From Eledone cirrhosa (Eukaryota), in NCBI GenBank assembly GCA_964016885.1, contig OZ024749.1:38006001-38070000 (forward strand): a DNA stretch of 64,000 nucleotides, read 5' to 3'. A model generated the notes under the pieces. The model saw only the letters and a program-made list of their open reading frames with translations, ran no database searches and was not told the DNA's origin. Position 1 is the stretch's first letter, and each line of letters begins with the position of its first letter. A program made the position numbers and the translations under genes. Of this stretch, positions 1 to 12,106 are shown piece after piece.

Positions 1-170
1 TTGTTATTGCTTTAGTTAATTTTGATGTAGTTACCGATTTTGTTATTATTGCTTTGGTTAATTTAGATGTAGTTACCGATTTTGTTATTATTGCTTTGGT
101 TAATTTTGATGTAGTTACCGATTTTGTTATTATTGCTTTGGTTAATTTTGATGTGGTTATCGATTCGGTT
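1..170. repeat. 42-bp tandem repeat, about 4 copies
   Basis: Unit GATGTAGTTACCGATTTTGTTATTATTGCTTTGGTTAATTTT repeated; gives the [14 protein letters not shown] repeat in the ORF track. Confidence 0.9.
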
Positions 171-354
171 GTTGTTTTTGTAGTTATTGTTATAGTTGTT
201 CTTGTTTTTGTTCTTGTAATCATTGTTGTTGTTATATTCGCCATCTTTGCTGTTACCCACATGACACATGAGTATTTCTCTTCTTTCCAGTTAAATAAGG
301 AAAATTCGCTCCGTATAAATATTGATATTTCCACCATATGTACACCATTATATT

Positions 355-1093
<739 letters not shown>

Positions 1094-1397
1094 ATGTGGG
1101 TGTTTCAATATTTACCAAGTCAAATGAATACTGAAAGAATGTAATCTTTCCATATGAAGAGTAATTGTAATAATTAAAGAGAAACACACCATGAGAAATA
1201 CTTGCTACGTGGTAGGCAAGAGGCAACAGACAACAGACAGGGAGAGATAATATTCCAAATATTATTTAACTGTTGATGCGGTCTTAGTGGCGCCATCGTC
1301 TTAAACTCGGGGGAGTCAATTCCCCTCCAGATAAGAAATCGGCCAATTTCTTCCAGAGTGAGGGAAAGATAGATCCCTAAATTGAGAGAGAGAGAGT

Positions 1398-1477
<80 letters not shown>

Positions 1478-1577
1478 AAGAGAAATTACGGAAGAGAAAA
1501 TCAATCCCAGTACTATATTTATCGATCACAAAAGAATGGAAGGCAAAGCTGACTTCTATGAAAACTAAACTCAAAAT

Positions 1578-1787
1578 ATTTTTGGCACAAGGCCAGCAAC
1601 TATGCCAGTGTATTACTGGTACTTCATTTTATCGACCCCGTAAGGATGAAAGGCAAAGTTAACTTCGGCGGGATTTGAACTCAGATGATAAAGGGCCGTA
1701 ACTCTTTACTACAAAGCATTGCTACAAAGCATTGCGTCAGGGGCGGTGAATTGGCAGTACCGATACTGCCAATTCACCGCCCCTGAC
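1578..1787 (-). mobile_element. tRNA-derived SINE (family S1) with a fold-back hairpin at its 5' head
   Basis: Shares B-box GAGTTCAAATCC, central CTTTGCCTTTCATCCTTACGGGGTCGATAAAA and the GGCCTTGTGCC tail with more than 10 copies in the window. Confidence 0.85.
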
Positions 1788-2009
1788 AAGGGTGACATGA
1801 CTTTCGGACCACCCTGTACATATTAATTGCCAAACTGACTGTAGGACCTCCGTCACTTTCGACAATGGATGCTCCATTTGCTTGATGTTTGGAACAGTCA
1901 TTGCGCATGGAATTATTGTGTACGTGAGTGGGTGTACCTCCAGTAAGGGGACATTTTACTTAGTTCTATGGGAGATTCTACAGGATCGTGTGTGACAAGG
2001 CTGGAAGGC

Positions 2010-2430
2010 ATGTTTGTGTGTGTGTGTGTTTGTATATGTGTGTGTTTGTGTGTGTGTGTGCATATGTTTGTTTGTGTTTGTCTGTGTGTTTGTATATGTG
2101 TGTGTTTGTGTGTGTGTGTGTGTGCATATGTTTGTTTGTGTTTGTCTGTGTATATGTGTGTATATGTGTGTGTATATGTGTGTGTTTGTGTGTATGTGTG
2201 TGTTTGTATTTGTGTGTGTGTATATGTGTGTGCTTTTGTGTGTATGTGTGTTTGTGTGTTTGTGTGTTTGTATATGTGTGTGTTTGTGTGTGTGTATATG
2301 TGTGTGCTTTTGTGTGTGTGTGTGTGTGTGTGTGTTTGTGTGTGTATATGTGTGTGTTTGTGTGTTTGTATTTGTGTGTGTATATGTGTGTTTTGTGTGT
2401 GTGTGTATGCGTGTGTGTGTGTGTGTGTGT
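2010..2430. repeat. Imperfect (TG)n microsatellite
   Basis: Direct. Confidence 0.95.
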
Positions 2431-2900
2431 TGAACCACCGCTGAACAACTTGCACGTGAAATTAATGTGTAAGTGACTGAACAAACCACAGATACATACC
2501 TTTAATGTATTTCTAGGGGGATATTCAGCTTGATACAATGTGTAGAAATACTGCCCGTTTGAATTACAGGTACAAACCATCTCAGTGAAGTGAATCAAGA
2601 GGAAATAAAGTGTCTTGTTCAATAACTGTTTCTACTTTTGGCACAAGGCCAGAAATTACCCAGTACATTACTGGTACTTTTTTTATCGACCCCGTAAGGA
2701 TGAAAGGCAAAGTTAACCTCGGCGGGATTTGAACTCAGAATGGCAAGGGCCGTAACTCTATGCGTCAAAACATGGCGTCCGACCCTCTACCGATACTGCC
2801 AATCCACCGCCATTGTGTCTTGTTCAATAACACAACATACAACACTCAACCGGGATACGAACTCACAATCATACAATTGTGAACCGACCACCCTATACCA
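2430..2900 (-). mobile_element. Old CORE-like tRNA SINE interrupted by an S1 SINE
   Basis: GAAATAAAGTGTCTTGTTCAA...CGAACTCACAA matches the copies at 39885-40212 and 42345-42612. Confidence 0.6.
2627..2812 (-). mobile_element. Full-length S1 SINE with 17-bp TSD
   Basis: A-box TGGCAGTATCGG, B-box GAGTTCAAATCC; GTGTCTTGTTCAATAAC duplicated at 2610-2626 and 2815-2831. Confidence 0.92.
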
Positions 2901-3073
2901 AACTGGTAAGTGAAAGCTAACAACGGAGGGTAAATGAAATTAACCCACAATCACAAATGGCTTGGATGGTTTCTACAAAGGTAGGCACAGATTTTATTTC
3001 AATTATTTCATTGCATGATAAACGACTGACGGAGAGAGATGTGTGCGTGAACGACTGGCATAGAGAGGTGTGT

Positions 3074-3131
<58 letters not shown>

Positions 3132-3269
3132 GAGAGAGACGGAGGGGGAACCAGTTAGAGTGAGGAGAGAACTAGAGAGAGTGGGAGGTAGAGAGAACCA
3201 GAGAGAGTGGGAGGTAGAGAGAACCAGAAATATACAGAGAGGGAGAGAGGGAGAGAGAGAGAGAAAGAT

Positions 3270-3325
<56 letters not shown>

Positions 3326-3326
<1 letters not shown>

Positions 3327-3407
3327 TTCTTTATTTGCCACAGGGGCGTACAAAAATGGGACATTACAAGACGTGACGGCGGGGGTTTAACATAAAAATA
3401 ACATTAA
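3326..3407 (-). mobile_element. 3'-terminal fragment of a Tx1-like LINE in (GATA)n
   Basis: Ends GCCCCTGTGGCAAATAAAGAAAT-(CTAT)n, the same terminus as the larger copies. Confidence 0.7.
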
Positions 3408-3452
3408 ATAGATAGATAGACAGACATACAGGCAGATAGATAAATAAATATA

Positions 3453-3507
<55 letters not shown>

Positions 3508-6137
3508 TGTTTCTTTTATTTGCCACTAGGGCATCAAAAGTGGGACAAGTACAAAGGGGGGAGTTTACACAAAAAGGCGTCCTCAATAAGGAGGAGGCAA
3601 TAACAAAATATAAAAATAAAATAAGATATAACAAAAAATAAAATTTTTAACAAAATCCTCAATAGAGAGGAGGCGCCTTGGGGGGTCGCACACACCCCCG
3701 AAAAAAGTGTGCAACCCTTCTCCTCAGGAGCACAGAGAAGGGGTGCTCCCTTGGTCTTTCATCTTCCTCACCTATAGTCTGATGTAGAGTGAAGGCCCAT
3801 TCACACGGGCCATTCTCGCCACTTTCACCCATCTTTCATAGAAACGGCTGGGGTGCAGCACCTCTCTCTCCATCCTGATCCTTCTTCCGAAATGATATCG
3901 GAAGAAACGGACCAGTTGTTGGCCAGAGAGAAAGGTGCCTGACCTCAGTCCTTTCAGACGCATCCACCATACAACCTCTTTCGCCATGGCTATTACGCAC
4001 AGAAACACCGCCTCTGCTTCATCTTTGAAGGGGGGAGGCGGCTTGATCATTACAATAGACTCGGTGGTCAACCGGATCGGTCCCACCCTTGACAGCAGTT
4101 GTTCGACATAGCCCCACAGATCGGCTACGCCCGAGCAGTGTACCAATGCGTGTGCAACGGTTTCCTCGTCGCACACGCATCTGGGACAGATCTTTTTGGC
4201 GGGGTCCCTACCCGGGCGCCCGTGTCTGTAGAGCCTTTCTCGAACGGGTAAAGCCCCTCGGTAGCACTGCCAGGCCAGGGACTTCTGGAAGTTGTCCATA
4301 GGTCCCGGGCTGAATGTCCTACCGAACAGGCTGGCCAGTTCGTCCTCCTCCATGTCTAGGGCTTCTCCGAGGGCGTCGTCGCACCTGCTGCGTACCAGCC
4401 CTCTATAGAATGTTGCGGTGGAGTCTCCACTGATAACCGGATCCGCCTGCCAGAGGGCGGTGAGCGCCTGGGCACACTCAGTGTGCCAGGCGCCCAGTTT
4501 TCTCGGTCTTTGCTTGACCCAGGATTGCAGCTCGGTGAGTGAGACGAGTCTGGGAAAGGTTCGTCTCACAAACGAGGCCCACACCGGTTGTCCGGTGAGG
4601 AATACGTAGAGGTGCCGTAGCCTTAATGCGTGTTTACGCATCATTAGCCACGGCAGCCCCAGCCCTCCTTTCGAAGGGTGTTGACAGCAGATGGATCTCC
4701 TCACCATAGGAGCCCGCCTCTTCCAAAGGAATTGGAAGAGCGCGCGCTCCATCTTGGTGAGGGTTTCCCTTGGGCAGGGCACTACGGTCAGGCGGTAGTA
4801 GATGACGGACGCTATGTAGGTGTTCGCCACCTCTGCCCGACCTTTCAGGGATAGTTTGCAACTGGCCCACTTCTGGGTCAGTGCAAACACCCTGTTCGTA
4901 ACCTCCGCCCAGTTTTTCTCCACCTGGAGGTCCGGTCCGAACCAGACCCCGAGCAACTTCACCGGGCCCTCCGTCCAGCGTCCGACGACGCCATCGGAGG
5001 GCATCGGTCTGCCCCTACACGTGCCGAGTTGCAAACCGATCGACTTGTCCCGGTTCAGCTTAGCCCCTGTGAACTTTTCGTACTCCTCCAGTAAGGTGCC
5101 GACCGCCTCGATTTCGGAGGCCGTCGACACCATTACTGTCACGTCATCGGCGTAGGCCGACACCGCTTTCCGCAATCCCGGTTCCAAAGGGATGCCCTGC
5201 AACAACTCCAACTTCCGCAGTAGTGGCTCGAGAGTCAACACATACAGAAGGGAGGAGAGAGGGCACCCTTGTCGGATGGACCGCGCGATTTTGAACGGCT
5301 CCGAGAGGTAGCCGTTCACCTTGACCCTAGAGCAGATGCGGCTGCTGTGCATAGCAGTGATCCAGCCCCTGAAAACGGGTCCGAAGCCTGCCGCCGCTAG
5401 CACCGCATCCAGGTAACCATGGTCGACCCTATCGAACGCCTTAGATTGATCCAAGTTGATCAGAGCCCCACCAAAGCCGGGTTCGTTCCCAACCCTCTCT
5501 ATGATGTATCGCATGAGGTGGAGGTTGTCATGGATGGACCTGGACGGGATAGCGCATGTCTGCGCATCTCCCACCAGGTTGCCCACGACAAGCGCCAACC
5601 TCTTTGCTAGCACCTTGGCCAAAATCTGTAACTCTGTATTTAGCAGTGTTATGGGCCTGAAGTTACTTATTTCGTCCCCCTTGTTCTCGTCCTTCCTCAC
5701 TAGCGTGACTACGCCCTTGGTCACAGTACAGGGAATTCTCCCGTTCTGTTGCCAGTTGCAGTAGACCGCCTCGAGGAGATCGGGGAACAAGTCCGGCATA
5801 GCTAGATATAATTCGTAAGGAAGACCATCGAGACCCGGGGATTTGCGTTTGCCGCATTGGCTCAGCACGTCCTCTATCTCAGCGGCCGAAATCGGCTCCT
5901 CGCAGGACTTCGCCTCCCTGTCCGAGAGGCGCGGCAGGCCGTCGAGGTATGGACCGAAGTCCACGTTCCCAACCGGCTCCCCGCCCCTCCCGAACGGTCG
6001 GGAAAAGTGCCTTTGAAAGGCCTCACACATCTGCTTAGGCTCAAGAATCGCCCGTCCATCCAGGTCTCGCAAAGACCGGATGGTGGATTTAGTTCCACTG
6101 TTGGCCTCTGTCACGCGGGCCCAGCTAACAGCTTTGG
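3508..6137 (-). mobile_element. 5'-truncated Tx1/L1-clade non-LTR retrotransposon
   Basis: ORF2 plus about 260-nt 3'UTR ending AATAAAAGAAACAT-(ATCT)n. Confidence 0.92.
3772..6114 (-). CDS. Tx1-like ORF2 (RT plus C-terminal CCHC zinc knuckle; endonuclease lost by truncation)
   Basis: KSPGLDG, FRPITLLN, LDQSKAFDRV, RQGCPLS, AYADD, KLLGV and CPRC..ETVAHALVHC motifs; 780 aa uninterrupted. Confidence 0.93.
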   Translation of the reverse strand: MTEANSGTKSTIRSLRDLDGRAILEPKQMCEAFQRHFSRPFGRGGEPVGNVDFGPYLDGLPRLSDREAKSCEEPISAAEIEDVLSQCGKRKSPGLDGLPYELYLAMPDLFPDLLEAVYCNWQQNGRIPCTVTKGVVTLVRKDENKGDEISNFRPITLLNTELQILAKVLAKRLALVVGNLVGDAQTCAIPSRSIHDNLHLMRYIIERVGNEPGFGGALINLDQSKAFDRVDHGYLDAVLAAAGFGPVFRGWITAMHSSRICSRVKVNGYLSEPFKIARSIRQGCPLSSLLYVLTLEPLLRKLELLQGIPLEPGLRKAVSAYADDVTVMVSTASEIEAVGTLLEEYEKFTGAKLNRDKSIGLQLGTCRGRPMPSDGVVGRWTEGPVKLLGVWFGPDLQVEKNWAEVTNRVFALTQKWASCKLSLKGRAEVANTYIASVIYYRLTVVPCPRETLTKMERALFQFLWKRRAPMVRRSICCQHPSKGGLGLPWLMMRKHALRLRHLYVFLTGQPVWASFVRRTFPRLVSLTELQSWVKQRPRKLGAWHTECAQALTALWQADPVISGDSTATFYRGLVRSRCDDALGEALDMEEDELASLFGRTFSPGPMDNFQKSLAWQCYRGALPVRERLYRHGRPGRDPAKKICPRCVCDEETVAHALVHCSGVADLWGYVEQLLSRVGPIRLTTESIVMIKPPPPFKDEAEAVFLCVIAMAKEVVWWMRLKGLRSGTFLSGQQLVRFFRYHFGRRIRMEREVLHPSRFYERWVKVARMARVNGPSLYIRL

Positions 6138-6150
6138 TAGACAGATAGAT

Positions 6151-6894
6151 ATGTTTCTTTTATTTGCCACTAGGGCATCAAAAGTGGGACAAGTACAAAG
6201 GGGGGAGTTTACACAAAAAGGCGTCCTCAATAAGGAGGAGGCAATAACAAAATATAAAAATAAAATAAGATATAACAAAAAATAAAATTTATAACAAAAT
6301 CCTCAATAGAGAGGAGGCGCCTTGGGGGGTCGCACACACCCCCGAAAAAAGTGTGCAACCCTTCTCCTCAGGAGCACAGAGAAGGGGTGCTCCCTTGGTC
6401 TTTCATCTTCCTCACCTATAGTCTGATGTAGAGTGAAGGCTCATTCACACGGGCCATTCTCGCCACTTTCACCCATCTTTCATAGAAACGGCTGGGGTGC
6501 AGCACCTCTCTCTCCATCCTGATCCTTCTTCCGAAATGATAACGGAAGAAACGGACCAGTTGTTGGCCAGAGAGAAAGGTGCCTGACCTCAGTCCTTTCA
6601 GACGCGTCCACCATACAACCTCTTTCGCCATGGCTATTACGCACAGAAACACCGCCACTGCTTCATCTTTGAAGGGGGGAGGCGGCTTGATCATTACAAT
6701 AGACTCGGTGGTCAACCGGATCGGTCCCACCCTTGACAGCAGTTGTTCGACATAGCCCCACAGATCGGCTACGCCCGAGCAGTGTACCAATGCGTGTGCA
6801 ACGGTTTCCTCGTCGCACACGCATCTGGGACAGATCTTTTTGGCGGGATCCCTACCCGGGCGCCCGTGTCTGTAGAGCCTTTCTCGAACGGGTA
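6151..6894 (-). mobile_element. Second, shorter near-identical copy of the Tx1-like element (3' end)
   Basis: Near-identical to 3508-4251; flanked by GATA/GACA repeats on both sides. Confidence 0.92.
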
Positions 6895-7048
6895 AATAGA
6901 CAGATAGATAGACAGATAGATAGATACACAGTGAGCTACAACGAGAAAGATTATCCAACACTACCATTACACAACGAAATGGTTACATACATAATGAAAG
7001 ATACTCACACACTCAGACAGTGACAGAGAGAGAGGGAGAGAGAGGGAG

Positions 7049-7115
<67 letters not shown>

Positions 7116-7249
7116 GAGAGGGGGGGAGCGGCGACAGACAGACGAGATTATCCAACACCACCATTCCACAATGAAAGAGTTATTTATACACGGAACACCA
7201 GAAATACGTTTACTGTTTCCATAACACATATTGACGTATATAGAATCAA

Positions 7250-7363
7250 GTTGTTGCTTCTACTGTTGTTGCTTCTACTGTTGTTGCTTCTACTGTTGTT
7301 GCTTCTACTGTTGTTGCTTCTACTGTTGTTGCTTCTACTGTTGTTGCTTCTACTGTTGTTACT
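7250..7363. repeat. 15-bp tandem repeat (GTTGTTGCTTCTACT)n
   Basis: Direct. Confidence 0.95.
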
Positions 7364-7883
7364 GATGTTCTTGTTCGTGGTAGTAGTTGTGTGCTGCAGT
7401 TTAGTTTATTTGGTGGCCGTTGTTAATAATCAAGATATTGCTGATGATGATGATAAGGATAATGTTGATGATGATATTGATGGCATCACTGTCTTGTGAT
7501 ATTTAGAATGTGTACATGAGATTACACGAAACATAAATATCACACAGGATTCCTTTCATCCCATATATATATATAGATATCTGTGTGTGTGCGCGCGCGC
7601 GCGCGATTTTGTTATGATAACACTGGTCTGAGGATCAAGCTATTTTGGAATCTGGTCTGGAGCGTCAATTCAAGCCATCTGTTTGGAAAACATTTGTAAC
7701 CAGGATTGAACAATAAATCTCTGATGTAACATCTCCACTTTGTTCTTATATATATATAATTACAAGAAACGAAGCGAGCTGTGTGGTTACTGTAAGCAAA
7801 GTTTAAGCTGGTAATATGGACGAAACAAGAGAAGAAATCCTTCCTCAGCTATTAACCGCAGATCATAGAAGTTTCGGCTATAT

Positions 7884-7971
<88 letters not shown>

Positions 7972-8086
7972 TTATTTATATATAAGCAAATAGATATTTA
8001 ATTTGTTGGTTATTCAACAAATTTATTTATAACAGATTCGAAGCACTCTACAAAACTATTCTGGAGTATAATATGAATGATATTAA

Positions 8087-8181
8087 TTGTTTCTACTTTA
8101 AGCACAAGGCCAGCAATTACCCAGTGCATTACTGGTACTTTATTTTATTGACCCCGTAAGGATGAAAGGCAAAGTCAACCT
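8087..8181 (-). mobile_element. 5'-truncated S1 SINE
   Basis: 3' half of the S1 consensus. Confidence 0.85.
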
Positions 8182-9748
8182 TATTAATACATGGAAACTA
8201 TCTTTATAAAACCATATTTATTTTATTATATATATTTCAAGGGTACCAAAATGTTGGTACGCTCTCATCAGATAAAATACAAAAATTGTTTTATAAATAT
8301 TGACATATCCAAAAACAAGAACTTATCGTTTTAAGTTCATTTTGGATAGATGAAATATGTTAATTAGACTAAACGTACAGTTGAAAAAGATCGTTATATT
8401 TAGAAGCTAGATAAATTTAAATAATTATTAGGATAATTTTTTATTTTTTTATTTTTAAAGGAATAAGAGAGAGATGTTAATATTAATATTAGGGTGTAAG
8501 AAAATTTAAGGAATGAGTATAAGAAAACAAGTATATTATATTTAGAAATACACTATTATTATTAAAATATAATTGTATGGATCAAATCAGTGATGGTGTA
8601 AAGAGAGTGATATAATTATAATTATTTATTTAATTATATAATTATATATTTTGGAAGTATCTATAAAATAATATGAGAATTATAAATGTGTTGAAGTGGT
8701 GGAATACCAATTTTAAAAATTGAGAGATAGTACTAATTATTGGTTCTATTCAAATCGTGAGTTATAATATTATATAGATAATATTTATAAGTATATTTTA
8801 TTAAGAATTAAGGTTGTAAGTATATTTTACTTTATTATATTTCAACAGCTTATTTATATAAATATTTATATAAATAATTTTGGTGAGTATATATGTTTTT
8901 TTCCTTAGATATATAATTTAAATAATTAAGTATGTTAAGGGTTTCGAAGAATTTCGTGTTTACATTTTCAATATATAGTTAACAAAAATGAAGTAGTTCT
9001 ATTCTTATTAGAGAAGATTATTTTCTGCATTCTATAGTTCACTCAAGATAGGAATACGTTTACAAAGTTTAGTAAGTTAACGAAATTATATAGAAAATTT
9101 AATATTTATGTAAAGTTTAGTTGTTACTTAGAAGAAATATTTAAGCGTCTTACATTATAAAGGAAAAGATAGCTCCAATGTTTCTTAGTTAAAATAGTTA
9201 GATTAAATTTGTAGTTTATACTAGAATTTACTTTAAAAGAATATTCAATTAAGATATATGCAAAATATATGTAGAAATTTTTTAATATATTATCTTATAT
9301 ATAATTATAAGGTATCCTATATTACATATTTTCAAAGATAAAAATTCTTTTATATATGTATTTAGATAGCATTATCTACATCGCTGCAAATGTTAATGTC
9401 TATATAGTCAATTAGGAAAAAATATTAGAGACATCCAAATGTATTCAGAAACATCATTAGAACTATCACAAGAAATATATATTTCAAAATATCATTTTAA
9501 AACAATTTAAATAGAGTATCATTAGAAAAATATCACTTAAAAAACATCAACAAAACACAGTGAAGACATATTAAGTGTAAACAAGTGAGGTATAGATAAT
9601 ATTTTCTATAGATTATAGATACGTCAATATTTATAAAACAATTTTTTAATTTTATTTGATGAGAGCGTACCAACATTTTGATACCCTTGAAAAATATCTA
9701 ATAAAATAAATATGGTTCTATAAAGATAGTTTCCATTTATTAATATCA
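8182..9748 (-). mobile_element. AT-rich PLE-derived element (HHR family A) with about 120-bp inverted arms
   Basis: 8182-8304 is the inverse of 9624-9748, both carrying the hammerhead; related to 22537-23968 and 35877-36418. Confidence 0.7.
8219..8279 (-). ncRNA. Type I hammerhead ribozyme (family A)
   Basis: TATTTTAT-CTGATGA-stem II GTACCAA/TTGGTAC-GAAA-TATATATA-ATAAAATA; degenerate inverted copy at 9649-9707 (TTGATGA). Confidence 0.8.
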
Positions 9749-9780
9749 TTGATACACACACACACAGACACACACACACA

Positions 9781-9912
<132 letters not shown>

Positions 9913-10067
9913 CAAGGGACGTAAATTTGTGATTTGAACGCATATATGTATATATCTGTGTTTGTTTCTCTTTATTCTATTATATTATAAGGCTCGGAAA
10001 ATGTTTTACTTGGGCTATTTTAATTATAAGGGACTATTGTGAGTTTTTATCTCAATATATACTTTTG

Positions 10068-10151
<84 letters not shown>

Positions 10152-10353
10152 CAAAAGTATATATTCAGATAAAAACTCACAATAGTCCCTTATAATTAAA
10201 ATAGCCCAAGTAAAACATTTTCCGAGCCTTATAATATAATAGAATAAAGGGAAACAAACACAGATATATACATATATGCGTTCAAATCACAAATTTACGT
10301 CCCTTGTGATTTGAACGCATATATGCATATATCTGTGTTTGTCTCTCTTTATT
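9913..10353. mobile_element. Inverted PLE 3'-end fragments (family C) around a (TA)n
   Basis: 9913-10068 is the reverse complement of 10151-10306; same 3' end as the HHR-bearing 40728-41346. Confidence 0.75.
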
Positions 10354-10382
10354 ATATATATATATATATATATAAATTATCG

Positions 10383-10954
10383 GGTCACTCTTGAGTGCTA
10401 CTGGTAGCATGTAACCCAATACAACCTGTCGCATGGTCGGGTTGTCGGCGACTAAACCGACAACCCACCAAGTTTACTTGGTGAGGAGGGAGATTTTGGA
10501 CACCCTGCAGGACAAAAAACAAAACCTGACAAAGGGCGAAAGAACTCATAATAGTCAACGGCCATCCACAAATGTGTAAATATGTATATAAACATGTACA
10601 TATGTATGTGTATATATATGCGCGAGGGCATAGAAATAGTCGGGCTGGATACCTGATCGCGCGGTTAAACCACTGGGAGTGAAGGACCCCCAACATCTGT
10701 CAGGGCATTCTTCCTGGAGAAGGCAACTCTGGAAACTGGGATAACTCCGACATAAAACCTGCGGCTCATTAGTTTCCGATGATGTTGATCTTTTCTTCTT
10801 TTATAAGTTATAGCTACTGTTGCTCAGAGAGTGGAATTCGCTCAGAGTACAGTCTTTCTTCACTTTTAAAAAAATCTTTGCGCAGAGGCATTGCATAATT
10901 ACTAATAATGGTATATCATGCAATGGCCATACTCGATAACGAGAGGGCAGCCAT

Positions 10955-10957
<3 letters not shown>
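10383..10957 (+). mobile_element. Possible RTE-derived non-autonomous element (5'UTR-like part plus RTE-like 3' tail)
   Basis: GC-richer island between (TA)n; 3' end CGATAACGAGAGGGCAGCCA resembles the RTE tail near 24945. Confidence 0.35.
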
Positions 10958-10987
<30 letters not shown>

Positions 10988-11727
10988 AAGTAAACGAGGT
11001 ATCGTATAACGTAATCCAAGTAGGTGTTACATAAGAGATTTATTGCTCAATCTTGATTACAAATGTTTTCCAAATAGTTGGTTCGTGATCCGAATTGATG
11101 ATCCAGACCAGATCTCAAAATTGCCTGATCCTCAGACCACACACACACACAACCTCAGGGGCCACCAATCGACTCAACATCAGGCAACTCAGTCCCCACC
11201 GCTATGTACATGCCTACATAATGGTAGGATTCATAGCCAATGTGGCATACTTTACAATACCAAACTATATTCCAATGTGCTCGCAGTGGACAGTTTTGAT
11301 TAATGAATCAGTTTGAGATTCATTCCTACGAAAACGCTTCAGATCATCCATAAAAAGTAGATGATTGATCTCAGGTTTCCATTATTAATATAGTGTTAAG
11401 TAACATTTAGCTGAACGTCTTCTGCTAGACAAATTAATGCCAACATACAGTAAGTGCTTAATAAGATAATATAGACAGATGAAATATGTGTAGATATTTA
11501 TGCATTTGTATATAATTAATCATTTATATGTTTATATATATATATATATTTATGTATTCGTATATATGTTTTTACATATATTTATATATTTATGTGTCTC
11601 TACGAATATATATTTTTATTAAATTATATATTAAGCTGTTTAGATGTTATGATACCTTACAACATAACTGCCAACAAATTGAATTGGAATGCATATTTAT
11701 GGCTTAGTGGTAAACTATATTGTAATA

Positions 11728-11728
<1 letters not shown>

Positions 11729-11797
<69 letters not shown>

Positions 11798-11804
11798 CTC
11801 TCTT

Positions 11805-11867
<63 letters not shown>

Positions 11868-11890
11868 ATTTCTTTCTTTCTTTCTTTCTT

Positions 11891-11947
<57 letters not shown>

Positions 11948-12064
11948 ATTTCTTTCTTTCTTTCTTTCTTTCTTTCTCTCTCTCTCTGTCTCTCTCTCTC
12001 TCTCTCCCTCTCTCACACACACACACGAACACATACACACACTAACACACACACACACACATAC

Positions 12065-12100
<36 letters not shown>

Positions 12101-12105
12101 GCACA
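11729..12105. repeat. (TC)n/(TTTC)n/(CA)n microsatellite
   Basis: Direct. Confidence 0.95.
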
Positions 12106-12106
12106 T

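Noticed and set aside
1-170. CRISPR-like array (also 48555-49820)
   Set aside because: No unique spacers, no cas genes, eukaryotic context
1788-1820. Tc1/mariner-like terminus (CACCCTGTA)
   Set aside because: Only one end found and no transposase
4089-6285. Short plus-strand and alternative-frame ORFs inside the Tx1 ORF2
   Set aside because: Shadow ORFs of a GC-rich coding region
8340-9600. Mitochondrial insertion (NUMT)
   Set aside because: AT-rich but no recognisable mitochondrial gene, rRNA or tRNA; bounded by HHR repeats
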